Origin: Methanobacteriota archaeon
GTDB lineage: Archaea > Methanobacteriota > Methanobacteria > Methanobacteriales > Methanobacteriaceae
Direction: 5' to 3'
Assembly (NCBI GenBank): GCA_963787255.1
Contig: CAWBCJ010000029.1
Location: 864,001 to 928,000, forward strand
Length of the DNA stretch: 64,000 nt
In this document: piece after piece, positions 46,664-57,432 of the stretch
How positions within the stretch are numbered: position 1 is the stretch's first letter
Layout of the letters: the number at the start of each line of letters is the position of its first letter
Made by a program: the position numbers and the translations under genes
The notes under the pieces: model-generated
Database searches by the model: none
What the model was told of the DNA's origin: nothing
Seen by the model: only the letters and a program-made list of their open reading frames with translations

Positions 46664-47620
46664 TTATTCTCGGTTTTTAAGTATAAAGCCTTTCTTATCC
46701 AGTTCATCAATCATTTCATTAAGGCTCTCTTCATCGGGAGCGCATAAATTATGGCCATGAATATTATTTGATAATTCATAAAGCTTTTCCAGATCCTTTT
46801 TACGATCTTCATTAGTAGCTATACTGTTTAAAAAGCGTTTAACCTCATAGGGATCTGATATATTTACTTTCCTTGTTACAGGCTCTCTAAAGCCACGTAA
46901 ATAATAAGAAATATCTACCATTCGGCCTCCGTATTTCAGTATGGTTTCCATTACTGAACCAATGTCTTCAACAGTATTATTCAAAACTACTGATCTACAT
47001 ATCTTCCTGATTACAGTAAGCATTCTTTTAACTGTATTATCAATATCTAGGTTGTTTACCACACTTACATCATGTTCTTTAGCTCGATTGACTAAAAGGT
47101 TGTTAATTACCCTGTTTTCCTTGAAATATTCCAGATGCTTACCACCCCGTTTTATCTTCATGGCTCTTTTAACGAATCTTTCCTTATGAACTTCTTCGTC
47201 AGAGGTAAGTACAAAAAAATGGATAGATGCATCTTTCTCGAACTTTTTGATATTGACGAGGCCTGGAACGAGGTGAACGCCTTCAATTACTATATCGTCA
47301 AAATCGTCAACTGCTCTTCTAATAACTTTTTCAATTGCTGGAATTACAAAAGAAGCATGTTCTTCAAACCCTGCACTTATCAGGCTTTCATCATCGCCAG
47401 CATACCTGTCCTTATCTCTTATGGTAACATAAGCATCAAAAGAAGATTTATGGAGGGCTGGAGCAAATTCGGGCCCTATTATGCCTCTTACTATTTCCCT
47501 TATAAAATCAGTTTCTATTAAATGTTTGATTTCTAATGTTTTGGCCAGTTCTGAAGCTATTGTTGACTTACCAATTCCTGAAGCACTTCCTATCAAAATA
47601 ATATATGGTTTTCTTAGCAT
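46664..47620 (-). CDS. 2-phosphoglycerate kinase-like P-loop protein with C-terminal 3H-like domain
   Basis: [26 protein letters not shown]; C-terminal LSNNIHGH. Confidence 0.75.
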   Translation of the reverse strand: MLRKPYIILIGSASGIGKSTIASELAKTLEIKHLIETDFIREIVRGIIGPEFAPALHKSSFDAYVTIRDKDRYAGDDESLISAGFEEHASFVIPAIEKVIRRAVDDFDDIVIEGVHLVPGLVNIKKFEKDASIHFFVLTSDEEVHKERFVKRAMKIKRGGKHLEYFKENRVINNLLVNRAKEHDVSVVNNLDIDNTVKRMLTVIRKICRSVVLNNTVEDIGSVMETILKYGGRMVDISYYLRGFREPVTRKVNISDPYEVKRFLNSIATNEDRKKDLEKLYELSNNIHGHNLCAPDEESLNEMIDELDKKGFILKNRE

Positions 47621-47735
47621 GATTAGTTTCACCAAATAGTAGTAAAAGGGTAATAATTTTAGTATCTATGTTAATATTATTCAACTTAATATTAAGAATT
47701 TATGATCACTATTTATAATGCCCTTTCACTTGAGT

Positions 47736-48083
47736 TTATCCCAGAAAATCAATCACACGTTCTGCACTTCTTCTCATCTCAATTCTGATTAACCCGAGAT
47801 TAATGGTTATATCAGTAATAACTACTAAAATACCTTCTCCTGCGTCAATCATCAGAGTTTTCCCTTTACTTCCTTCTATCATTACTTGCTGTAATGGATC
47901 ATGTTTCATTTCTTCAGCTGATCTTTCTGCTGTACCAAAAACAGCAGATGACATTGCTGCTACAAGTTCTGAGTCAATATCTCCCGGAACTTCTGATTCG
48001 ATGATCAAACCATCTTTTCCCACTACTAAAGAACCATTTACCCCGTTTATTCTGCCCAAATCTTTAAGTATTCTTTCTATCAT
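47736..48083 (-). CDS. Roadblock/LC7 (MglB-like) protein
   Basis: [32 protein letters not shown]; GGAGG RBS before ATG 48083. Confidence 0.92.
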   Translation of the reverse strand: MIERILKDLGRINGVNGSLVVGKDGLIIESEVPGDIDSELVAAMSSAVFGTAERSAEEMKHDPLQQVMIEGSKGKTLMIDAGEGILVVITDITINLGLIRIEMRRSAERVIDFLG

Positions 48084-48194
48084 ACTATGCCTCCAAATAG
48101 ATTGAGTATAGATACCTAAAATATATATCTTAAAGTATATATCTTGGTTTAACATTTATTAAATAAATAGGTAATGTAAAATTCTCATTAATTC

Positions 48195-49280
48195 ATGAAA
48201 ATTGTATATAAAATAGGAGTGATTATTCTGTATGATGTAACTTCTGTAGAGGAACTTCAAAAACTCAACCCGTTTATAGTCATTGGATGCGGTGGTGGGG
48301 GAGAAAAGTTCGCCAATTTTGAGGGAATTAAGACTGTTGGTTTTGTTGACGACAATATTAAGAAACAAGGAATGGAATTTTGCAACAAGGTAATATCTTC
48401 AAATTTAAATGAGTTAATTGCAGAAACAAATGCTAATAGCATCGCGATAATGCTTCCAATTGGTGCTGAAGGATCAGCGCTTAAATATGCTGTGCAAGCT
48501 GTAGATAATGGAAAAAATGTGGTAGTTTCTTTCAGATCATTGTCTCTTGTTGAGAATAAATCACTGATTAAGTTTGCAGAATCTAAAGGTGTAGTTTTAA
48601 AGGAAATTAGCCCCCGTTTGGATGTTATTAAAAAAATATTTGGAACTGCACCTCCTCAATGTACGGAAGTACTGCCCAAGATTTTTTATAAACCAAAGGC
48701 GCCTGTTGTTTTCATAGGGGGTACTTCTCAAGAATGTGGAAAAAGAACTACTACAAGAATTCTTGGAAAAACTGCCGAAGAGAAAGGTTTAAAGGTAGCA
48801 GTAATATCTACTGACGAGATGGGTCTTGAAAACCCTGTTGATATGAATTTCAGGGCAGGAAGTCTTTCAGTAATGGACGTAGCAGCTGCAGTTATGGGTT
48901 CCATGAGATACATGGAAGAAAAAAAGAATCCCGATATCATACTGGTTGAGGGGCAGTCCAGCCTCACTGAGAAAGGAAATCCACATCCAAGGGGGCTTTC
49001 TGGCGCTATACTCATAGGTGCAATGCCTGATGTTACTGTTGTTTGTCATAGGCCTAACCATCCTTTCAGGGAGCCACGTGGAATAAACAATGAGATTAGA
49101 GCAATTGAAGCAGTGGAACCTACAAAAGTTGTTGCTATTTCCTTGAATATGAGGAATGTTACTGACAAAAAGGATATATTAGAGTATGAGGAAAGATACA
49201 AATTACCAGCAGTAGATATTAAAAATGGTGGAGCGTCAAAATTGCTCGACGTTATAATGGATCATGTGGGGATGAATTAA
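48195..49280 (+). CDS. DUF1611 domain protein (Rossmann plus P-loop)
   Basis: GCGGGG Rossmann motif, [19 protein letters not shown]; real start probably near 48219. Confidence 0.8.
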   Translation: MKIVYKIGVIILYDVTSVEELQKLNPFIVIGCGGGGEKFANFEGIKTVGFVDDNIKKQGMEFCNKVISSNLNELIAETNANSIAIMLPIGAEGSALKYAVQAVDNGKNVVVSFRSLSLVENKSLIKFAESKGVVLKEISPRLDVIKKIFGTAPPQCTEVLPKIFYKPKAPVVFIGGTSQECGKRTTTRILGKTAEEKGLKVAVISTDEMGLENPVDMNFRAGSLSVMDVAAAVMGSMRYMEEKKNPDIILVEGQSSLTEKGNPHPRGLSGAILIGAMPDVTVVCHRPNHPFREPRGINNEIRAIEAVEPTKVVAISLNMRNVTDKKDILEYEERYKLPAVDIKNGGASKLLDVIMDHVGMN

Positions 49281-49334
49281 CATGATAGCAAACTGTTTAA
49301 CCGCCATTAATTATTGTAAAGGGGATATTTTAAA

Positions 49335-49688
49335 ATGAAAGATGTCATGGATTATATTAAGAAAAATCTGGGAATGGAAGAGGAAAGAGAAGCAGAAGAA
49401 GATAAAGAACCTATTATAGTTCCGGAACATTCTTTTTATGAGATAATCCTGATGAAAGCCAATGACATTCCAGATATAGAAGACGCGCTGAACCAAATCA
49501 AAGAAGAAAAAAATCCAATCATATTAAACATGAGTTTTATAGAAGAAAGTCCGGAAGATTTCAAACTGGTTGGAGAAAAATTGAAGGAATTTAGAGACAC
49601 AGTAGGTGGGGAAGCTATTTTATTGTGTAAAAATGGTAAAAATGTGGTAATTATTACCCCCCCTGAGATTAAGCTTGTAAGAAAGTAA
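49335..49688 (+). CDS. sepF: SepF family cell division protein
   Basis: N-terminal amphipathic helix, acidic linker, core NPIILNM...VGGE...[10 protein letters not shown]. Confidence 0.8.
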   Translation: MKDVMDYIKKNLGMEEEREAEEDKEPIIVPEHSFYEIILMKANDIPDIEDALNQIKEEKNPIILNMSFIEESPEDFKLVGEKLKEFRDTVGGEAILLCKNGKNVVIITPPEIKLVRK

Positions 49689-49799
49689 GGATTAACTGTA
49701 AAATTAATTATTTCCACATACAAAAGAATAAAATAGAAAAATTAAATAGTAAATGATTTCATGTGGATACATCTACTGTAAATAGTTAGAGGAGTAAAA

Positions 49800-50948
49800 A
49801 TGGAGTTGCCAATCACTAGACCATCCCAAATGTCCTATGCGGATGAAATAAACTTCAGCGAACTTTTAGGTGAATTAAAATCAAAACGATTTAATGGATT
49901 TGTAAGGGTAACTTCCGGATCATCAGAAGGTTATATTCTTTTTAACGAAGGTATACAGTCAGCAGCATCATTTGACAATTATTCAAAGATAGAAGCAATT
50001 GAAAAGATAAAATCTGTAGTAGATGATAGTAAAACACTAATAGAATTATTTGATCTTAAAAAATCCCAGATGAATTATCTTATGGACTTAAACAAGTTTT
50101 TTATCATTGATTCTGGATCTAAGGTCGAAAATATCATTGATGAGCTTAAAAAAACTGAAAGAGCTAAAACTGAGATTAATAAAACCCCTTCTACAACTGT
50201 AAATGATGTTGAAGAAAATGAAATAGTCCAGAAAGTAATTGAAGCTGAGAACAAATCGGAAAGTGTTCCTGAAGAAAAAGAAAATAAAGATGATGTAGTA
50301 AAAGAGAAACTCCGGGCAATATCAGAAGCTCCTAAAGAATCTTCTGCCGATAAAAAGGATCCTGTAGAAGTTGTAGCTGAACCAGAACTTTCAAGCACCT
50401 CTAATCTAAAAAAATCTAAAAATATAAGATCTACAGTAGTTGAAACAATAACTAAAAAAGAGGATTCAGAACCTGAAATTGAAAAACCACAATATCCTGA
50501 AGAAAATGAATTTATTGAACCTGGTTTTGAAGCGGAAAGTGTAAACCGTGAGGATCTCATGAAAAAATACGGCTTAAAGGATGTTGGGGAAGAAGAAGTT
50601 GATAACATCCTTGAAACATATAAAGGCGGATCACTCAGTGACGAGGATGTTGAAAAGATTGAATTAACACTTATGAATAAGATTAAAAAGACAATACTGG
50701 GAATTCCTAAAATTAGAGGTACAGAAGTCATGGTATTTTTAGATAATACTTCAGAACTTTCTGGAACTATAAATATAATTACTGAATATGAAAGTAAAGG
50801 ATTTTTATCCCGAATTATGGGTGAATCTAAAGATCTTGAAAATTTAAGAAGGCAGATAATGAACATTACCCAAATGGAAGTAAAAAAGAGTTTTAGAGGG
50901 TATCCAGAGATTGTTAATGATTTTGAAATTAATGTAGAAATCAGCTAG
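49800..50948 (+). CDS. DUF2226-like protein
   Basis: MELP...FNGFVRVT...[10 protein letters not shown]-terminal domain, acidic linker, [11 protein letters not shown] motif. Confidence 0.7.
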   Translation: MELPITRPSQMSYADEINFSELLGELKSKRFNGFVRVTSGSSEGYILFNEGIQSAASFDNYSKIEAIEKIKSVVDDSKTLIELFDLKKSQMNYLMDLNKFFIIDSGSKVENIIDELKKTERAKTEINKTPSTTVNDVEENEIVQKVIEAENKSESVPEEKENKDDVVKEKLRAISEAPKESSADKKDPVEVVAEPELSSTSNLKKSKNIRSTVVETITKKEDSEPEIEKPQYPEENEFIEPGFEAESVNREDLMKKYGLKDVGEEEVDNILETYKGGSLSDEDVEKIELTLMNKIKKTILGIPKIRGTEVMVFLDNTSELSGTINIITEYESKGFLSRIMGESKDLENLRRQIMNITQMEVKKSFRGYPEIVNDFEINVEIS

Positions 50949-50958
50949 GAGGTATCGA

Positions 50959-51741
50959 ATGACAAGAGTTATAACTGTCGCCTCAGGAAAAGGCGGAGTT
51001 GGAAAAACAACAATAACCGCAAATTTAGGTGTTGCTTTATCGACTTACGGAGAAGAAACAATAGTGCTTGATGCAGATGTTGCAATGGCCAATTTAGAGC
51101 TTATTCTTGGAATGGAAGGGAAATCTGTTACATTACATGATGTATTATCTGGAGAAGCCTCTATCGATGATGCAATTTATGAAGGTCCGGGCGGACTTAA
51201 AGTTATTCCTGCAGGAATTTCACTTGAAGGACTTCGTAAAATAAGATTGGATAGGTTAGAGGGGGCCTTAGAAGCTATTGTTGAAGATGCAGATATACTT
51301 TTGATAGATGCTCCTGCAGGGCTGGAAAAGGACGCTCTAGCAGCAATAGCAGCTGCACAGGAAATGATTTTGGTCACAACCCCTGAGGTTCCTTCAATTA
51401 GCGACGCTTTAAAGACTAAAATTGTTGCTAATAAACTTGGAGTAGAAATAATTGGGGTTGTTGTAAATAGAGAACAGCACGATAAAACATTTTTAACCAT
51501 AAATGAGATTGAAACTATTTTAGAGGTGCCAGTTATTGCAGTGGTTCCTGATGACCCTGAAGTAAGTAGAGCAGCGGCATTTGGTGAACCGCTTATAGTT
51601 AGGAACCCTAAATCTCCTACAAGTAATGCAATTATGCAATTAGGTGCAGATCTTATTGGAGAAGAGTATCATCCAATTGAACCAGATAAGAAAGGGGTTA
51701 TTTCTAAGCTAGTGGAAGGATTACTGGGAAGAAGGGGTTAA
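50959..51741 (+). CDS. minD: MinD/ParA family ATPase
   Basis: [24 protein letters not shown]; C-terminal amphipathic [13 protein letters not shown]. Confidence 0.93.
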   Translation: MTRVITVASGKGGVGKTTITANLGVALSTYGEETIVLDADVAMANLELILGMEGKSVTLHDVLSGEASIDDAIYEGPGGLKVIPAGISLEGLRKIRLDRLEGALEAIVEDADILLIDAPAGLEKDALAAIAAAQEMILVTTPEVPSISDALKTKIVANKLGVEIIGVVVNREQHDKTFLTINEIETILEVPVIAVVPDDPEVSRAAAFGEPLIVRNPKSPTSNAIMQLGADLIGEEYHPIEPDKKGVISKLVEGLLGRRG

Positions 51742-51758
51742 ACTATTAACAGCAATGA

Positions 51759-52556
51759 ATGGTGGAAATGTCAAATTTTATAGCGATTGCTTCAGGAAAA
51801 GGAGGGGTTGGAAGAACTACCTTAACTTTTAATCTTGGAGTGGGAATGTCACTTTTTGGAAAGAATGTGGTAATGCTGGATTTAGATCTTGTAATGGCAA
51901 ATATGGACGTAATAACAGGTCTTCTTAATCCGGATGTAACTTTACATGATGTTCTTGCGAGGAATAAGTCTATAGATGATTGTGTTTATGAAATAGATCA
52001 CGGTATAAGGGTTATTCCAACAGGGATACACTTTGAAACTCTGAGGCACATAAATCCAAAATATATTTCATGGAATAAGATTCTAGAGGAGATTTCAGAG
52101 TATGGTGATATTTTCCTCATGGACCTGCCTGCTGGAATTAATTCAAGCATTTTTGAGGGGCTTCCTGAAGATTCACAGATGATTATTGTAACCAATTCAA
52201 CAATGACATCTGTTGCTGATGCGCTTAAAATTAGGATACTCAGTAACGAACTTAATATTCAAATAATTGGATTTGTATTGAACATGTGGTACGATGACGG
52301 ATTTTTACTTTCTGTAAATGAAATAGAATCCATTCTTGAAGTCCCCATGATTGGACTAATTCCTTATGACCGGGAAGTTGAAAGATCAATGGCACTTGGA
52401 AAATCTTTGGTTGAAATCAATCCTTCTTCACCTACAAGTAATGCAATCATGCAGCTTACAGCGCATTTACTTGGAGAGGAATATAATCCAATTGAACCAG
52501 ATAAAGAAGGTATTCTAAATAGATTGAAAAAATTCATAGGAATTCTACCCGATTAG
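51759..52556 (+). CDS. Second MinD-like protein with altered Walker A
   Basis: SGKGGVGRTT, DLDLVMANM, DLPAG; C-terminal GILNRLKKFIG. Confidence 0.88.
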   Translation: MVEMSNFIAIASGKGGVGRTTLTFNLGVGMSLFGKNVVMLDLDLVMANMDVITGLLNPDVTLHDVLARNKSIDDCVYEIDHGIRVIPTGIHFETLRHINPKYISWNKILEEISEYGDIFLMDLPAGINSSIFEGLPEDSQMIIVTNSTMTSVADALKIRILSNELNIQIIGFVLNMWYDDGFLLSVNEIESILEVPMIGLIPYDREVERSMALGKSLVEINPSSPTSNAIMQLTAHLLGEEYNPIEPDKEGILNRLKKFIGILPD

Positions 52557-52684
52557 AATGTTTTAAAACTGAAATACTGCATTAATTTTTAATTACTTCT
52601 AGATGTCTATTTTAACATAAATTTAATTAATTTACTTTAAAAAATAAGATTATATGAATTTTAAAATTAATGAGGACGATATAA

Positions 52685-53575
52685 TTGCCAGTTGACGTGG
52701 TAGGGCTGGGAGCGTGTAATATTGATTTTTTACAGAAAGTGCCGAGATTTGCTGCTCCTGACGATGAAGTGGAAATAAAAAACCTTCTTTTATCTGTTGG
52801 CGGATCTGCATCTAATTTTACAGTTGGGCTTTCCCGTTTAAATATTAATACTGGAATTATAGCAAGAGTTGGCAGGGATTATTTTGGTGAAGTCGTAGTA
52901 AACGAGTTTGAAAAAGAAAGAGTTAGTACTGAACGACTTTTAAAGACGGATCTTCAAACCGGTAAAGTTTTCATAGCTGTAGAGCCTAATGGTGAACGAT
53001 CCATGTACACATTTATAGGTGCAAATAAGAAATTTAAGCTTCAAAAAGAAGATATAAAATACATAAAAGGCTCAAAAATCCTTCATGTGACTCAAATGTA
53101 CAGGGACGTTGTTAAAGAGGCTTCAAAACATGCAAATATTCTTTCTTTCAATCCTGGTGCTATTTTGTCATCATTTGGTACCACTAAACTTGCAAAAATA
53201 ATTGGAAGAACTGATATTTTATTTTTAAATAAAAAAGAGGTAAAAGTTTTAACTGGTGAGAAAACTGAACATGGTGCCCCTATGCTTCTTGATATGGGGG
53301 CTAAAATTGTTATTGTAACCTGTGGAAAGCATGGTGCAAGTCTTTATACTGGAAAAGAAATAATTCATTCGCCTGCAAGGAAAGTTAAGGCGTTGGATAC
53401 AACAGGGGCAGGAGATTCATTTGCAGCAGGATTCATAGCTACTTTTCTTAAAGATAAAAACCTAAATTACTGTTTAGATTATGCAAATCTTGTTGCTTCT
53501 CACTGCGTTGAAAAATTTGGAGCTTTAAATACTCCACGTTCTTCCCAGTTAGATATTGACATTTTGAAACCTTGA
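52685..53575 (+). CDS. PfkB/ribokinase family kinase
   Basis: GGSASN, VGRDYFG, DTTGAGDSFAAGF. Confidence 0.92.
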   Translation: MPVDVVGLGACNIDFLQKVPRFAAPDDEVEIKNLLLSVGGSASNFTVGLSRLNINTGIIARVGRDYFGEVVVNEFEKERVSTERLLKTDLQTGKVFIAVEPNGERSMYTFIGANKKFKLQKEDIKYIKGSKILHVTQMYRDVVKEASKHANILSFNPGAILSSFGTTKLAKIIGRTDILFLNKKEVKVLTGEKTEHGAPMLLDMGAKIVIVTCGKHGASLYTGKEIIHSPARKVKALDTTGAGDSFAAGFIATFLKDKNLNYCLDYANLVASHCVEKFGALNTPRSSQLDIDILKP

Positions 53576-53583
53576 TAAAACTT

Positions 53584-54339
53584 TTAAATTCCGAAAAACT
53601 TTGAAGCATTTTCATTTGAAACTTTAGCAATGAATTTTTCCTCAAATCCTAATAATCTCATTTTATGAACAGTCTTGGGTACGGATAGCGGGTCTGAAGG
53701 CGAAGAACTCATATCGCTGTCTAAGGTAAATTTCTCAAAGCCGTATTCAGAGACTAATGAAACTGCTTCTTCAGGAGTCATTTTTAGGGGTTGTACTGTA
53801 ATTCCAAGCATTGATCCAAGTTCAATGACATCATCAATTATGCTTTTATCCACATGATCTATTATAACCATTTCTGGATCAATATTTTCTTCTATAATTG
53901 AAATTGTAATCTTTGTTATCTCTTTTTTGTTCCTGCGGGGTGTGTGAACAACTACTTTCATTTCCAGGCTTTGGGCAAGCTTTAATTGTCTTTTGAATAT
54001 TTCTTTTTCTGATTCTGATGCAGTTTCAAGACCTATTTCTCCAACAGCTACTACAATATCATTTTTTAGAAAGTTTGGTAGTTTTTCAAGAGCCCTTTCA
54101 AAATCGGCTGAAATGCTTCGAGGATGAATTCCAAGAGCTGCGTATAATTTTAATCCATTATCGGCGGCTCTTTTGACATCATTAGTTAATATTCTGTTCC
54201 AGTGGTCAAATACAACATCTGAAGTGCTCATTTTTAATGGATCATGGGCACAGGTCACTGATTTTTGTATTCCTGCTATTTTCATCAATTCAAAGTCTTC
54301 GTAAGGTCGTGTATCTGCATGTATGTGTGAATCTATCAT
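53584..54339 (-). CDS. TatD-family metal-dependent hydrolase
   Basis: IDSHIH, GIHP, VGEIGL, VHTP, DH, LDSD. Confidence 0.9.
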   Translation of the reverse strand: MIDSHIHADTRPYEDFELMKIAGIQKSVTCAHDPLKMSTSDVVFDHWNRILTNDVKRAADNGLKLYAALGIHPRSISADFERALEKLPNFLKNDIVVAVGEIGLETASESEKEIFKRQLKLAQSLEMKVVVHTPRRNKKEITKITISIIEENIDPEMVIIDHVDKSIIDDVIELGSMLGITVQPLKMTPEEAVSLVSEYGFEKFTLDSDMSSSPSDPLSVPKTVHKMRLLGFEEKFIAKVSNENASKFFGI

Positions 54340-54693
54340 ATAAACACCTTAAATAAGTTATTATAGTGAAGATAATGATTTATTAAACCTGTGGACAAAT
54401 CGAGGTAATGAACCTTCTAGTATATAATTATCTTTTTTTTGCATTTTTACCTTTAGACAGTTTAAAACATTGAAATTTCACTATTAGTATATAGAATTTT
54501 TTTAAATATTATTAAATATATTTATTTGATCGTTGTAATTAATTTTTAGCATGCCATGTGGGCTATTTAAAAAAAAAGGGATATTATCTTCAAATAGAAA
54601 TTTATGAATCTTTAAGAGAGATTTTAATGAATAAAAATGATATTTTATCTTTAAATAAATAATAAATTAAATATAAAATTGGAGGAATTGAAA

Positions 54694-54846
54694 ATGGATG
54701 TTGAAGAAATGGCTAAAAAAGCAAAACTCAAGGATCTTAAAGAAATTGCAAAAAAACATGAAATAACACTTGGAAGATGCCCAACGAAACTTGATATTGC
54801 TAAAAAGATACCAAAAGACGAGCTTGAAGCATTAGTATCTAAATAA
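54694..54846 (+). CDS. Small basic protein (50 aa, HeH/Rho-N-like; not in ORF track)
   Basis: GGAGG RBS; MDVEEMAKKAKLKDLKEIAKKHEITLGRCPTKLDIAKKIPKDELEALVSK. Confidence 0.7.
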   Translation: MDVEEMAKKAKLKDLKEIAKKHEITLGRCPTKLDIAKKIPKDELEALVSK

Positions 54847-54991
54847 ACAATAATAACATATTTTGTTATAAATTTTCATAAATTATTATTTTTTTTATTT
54901 AATTTAAGTTTAAGCCATGATTTTTAAATAAAAAGAATTAATAATTAAAAAGAAGATTAAAATTTATGAAAATACATTGAATAAACGCTTA

Positions 54992-56723
54992 TTATTCTAT
55001 ATTTTCAAATTTAATCCGGTATTTCATCAGATCTTCTATAATTTCACCGATACTTGAGATAGGGATTCTTTTTTGTTCTAGATTATCTCGGTTTCTTATA
55101 GTAACTTTATTGTCTTCCAATGAATCGTGGTCAACGGTTAGGGCGAAAGGAACCCCAATTTCATCAGCTCGAGCGTATCTTCTTCCAATGGTTCCTGAAG
55201 CGTCAAATTCGGCTATAAAACCTTTTTTCCTTAAATCATCCCTTATTTTAACTGCAATTTCTCTTAAACCGTCTTTGTTAACCAGAGGGAAAACGCTTAC
55301 ATCCACAGGAGCTATGTCTGCAGGAAGCTTGAAATATTCGCGCTTGTTTTCTTTATCCTCAGTAAAAGTATGTAAGAGCACTGAAAAGACTATACGGTCA
55401 ATACCGTATGATGGTTCGATGACGTGAGGAAATATCTTTTCTCCCCTTACACTTTCTTCTATATATTCAAAATTCACGTGTTCTGGGGTTAATTCGAAGG
55501 TTTTACCTTCTATTTCTATTTTGAACACACCTTCACTTTCAATAGCTTCTTTAACATCTTCTCCACTAATATCTTTAAGTTCTTTTAGTATTTTTGGAGC
55601 ATCGCTTTTAAATGATGGGCCGAATTTGCTCATGTTAGGTTTAACTGCCAGTTTTTTAATCTGTTTAGGTTCATCGTACTCAATAAAGACTCTCAAGTCT
55701 TCATTACTGTGCTCGGTGTGGGATTTAAGAATCGAAATCAGTTCTATCAGCAATACCAATTATTTCAACCCAGCCATATCTTTCGGTTTTTACCTCTACA
55801 TCCCAGCAATCAATTGCATAATGCGCCATTTCAGTAGGTAAATGCTGTCTGAACCTTATTACCTCATCAGGTATTCCCAGTTCCTTTAAAAACTTCCAAG
55901 CAAGGTACAGTTGATAAATAAGAACCTCACTTGAAACTGTTTTATTAGTTAATGCATCATTAACAGTTATTTCTATTGGTTCTCCTTCATCTATCTGAAT
56001 TTCAGCAGGATAAAGCTTGAGCACCTTATCTTGAATTTCAGAGAATTTTTGATGAGTTTTATCCTTTGGATCTACAAAAATCTCTGCTTCTGCTTGGGTA
56101 AATTCTCTGAGTCTTATAACTCCCTGTCTCGGTGAAATCTCATTTCTGTAAGCTTTACCGATTTGAACGACACCAAAGGGTAATTTACCTCTAAAGAATC
56201 TTAAAAGCCTCTTGAATGGTATAAATATTCCCTGTGCGGTTTCAGGTCGCATGTAACCTGTTTTTTTACCCTTTGCACCAATTAATGTTTGAAACATTAA
56301 ATTGTAATTCCATACACGGGTTAAACGGTTACCGCATTTAGGGCAGCATATTTTTTCAGAGTAAAGTATCTCTGTAAGCTCATCGTTGCTTAATCCTTCC
56401 ATATCTTTGTTTATCACTTCTTCAATGATGTGATCTGCCCTGTAAACTTCCAGACATTCTTTACATTCGGTCATTGGATCTGTAAAATGATCAACGTGTC
56501 CGGATGCTTTAAGTGCCTCTTCAGGCATTACTGTAGGTGATTCTATTTCGTAAAAGCCTTCTCTTACAATATAGTATTCTCTCCACTTGTTTATGATAGC
56601 ATTTTTTAGTATGGCACCAAGTGGGCCGTAATCATAAAATCCTGCAACACCTGCATAGATTTCAAATGAAGACCAGAGAAAACCTCTTTTTTTTGCAACA
56701 TTCATTACTTTATCATGTTTCAT
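54992..56723 (-). CDS. glyS: Glycine--tRNA ligase (apparent frameshift at ~55730)
   Basis: YDYGPLG, RPETAQG, RNEISPRQG, GIADRTDFD|LKSH, HVIEPSYGIDR, GRRYARADEIG. Confidence 0.95.
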
Positions 56724-56810
56724 TAATATCATCTCAAATAATTATTCTTAAATATGAAAAATATAGAGCAATTAACGCTCTAAAAATCGAATTAAAATTA
56801 TAAATAAAAT

Positions 56811-57431
56811 TTATTCTTTTCCATCAGCCTTTTTAACAGCTAATTTTTTTAAGAGTTCGTGATCGTGTTTGATTTTACTTGATTCCGGCCGATCCTGCCC
56901 CATGTATTTACTATCCCTTTCAGGATGCCCATAAGGCTTATCTGCAGGGGATGTCATGGTTTCAAATACAATCTGACACACCCTTTGACCTGTGTATAAT
57001 GCTACAGGCATTTTACCGATGTTTGAAATCTCAAGGGTTATTTTACCATGGAATCCGGGATCAATGTAACCTGCTGTAACGTGCATGGTTACTCCAAGTC
57101 TTCCCATTGAAGATCGTCCTTCAACCCTTGCAACAAGGTCATCGGGTAGTTTAACAGTTTCATAAGTTGTGGCAAGCGTAAATTCGCCAGGATGGATTAT
57201 AAAAGGCTCTCCTTCTTCTATAAAAAAGGATTGCATGTAAGAATCTATATCTGACCCGTCCATTGGATCTATACACGGCTTTCTAATTATCTTGAAGCCT
57301 TTAAATTCATTTCCTATTCTTAAATCAACTGATGATGGTTGTATCTGTATTTTGGGACTTTCAAGGGGATCAATAACAATTTTTCCTGATTCAAGGTATT
57401 CTTTAATGTGTTTATCGCTTAAAATGGCCAT
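56811..57431 (-). CDS. dcd: dCTP deaminase
   Basis: MAILSD start, QPSSVDLR, EGRSSMGRLG, AGYIDPGFHG, SKYMGQ. Confidence 0.95.
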   Translation of the reverse strand: MAILSDKHIKEYLESGKIVIDPLESPKIQIQPSSVDLRIGNEFKGFKIIRKPCIDPMDGSDIDSYMQSFFIEEGEPFIIHPGEFTLATTYETVKLPDDLVARVEGRSSMGRLGVTMHVTAGYIDPGFHGKITLEISNIGKMPVALYTGQRVCQIVFETMTSPADKPYGHPERDSKYMGQDRPESSKIKHDHELLKKLAVKKADGKE

Positions 57432-57432
57432 T

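Noticed and set aside
55725-55759. Split glyS or programmed frameshifting (also mmp3, nadC)
   Set aside because: No slippery site or stimulator seen; scattered single-base indels are better explained by sequencing error
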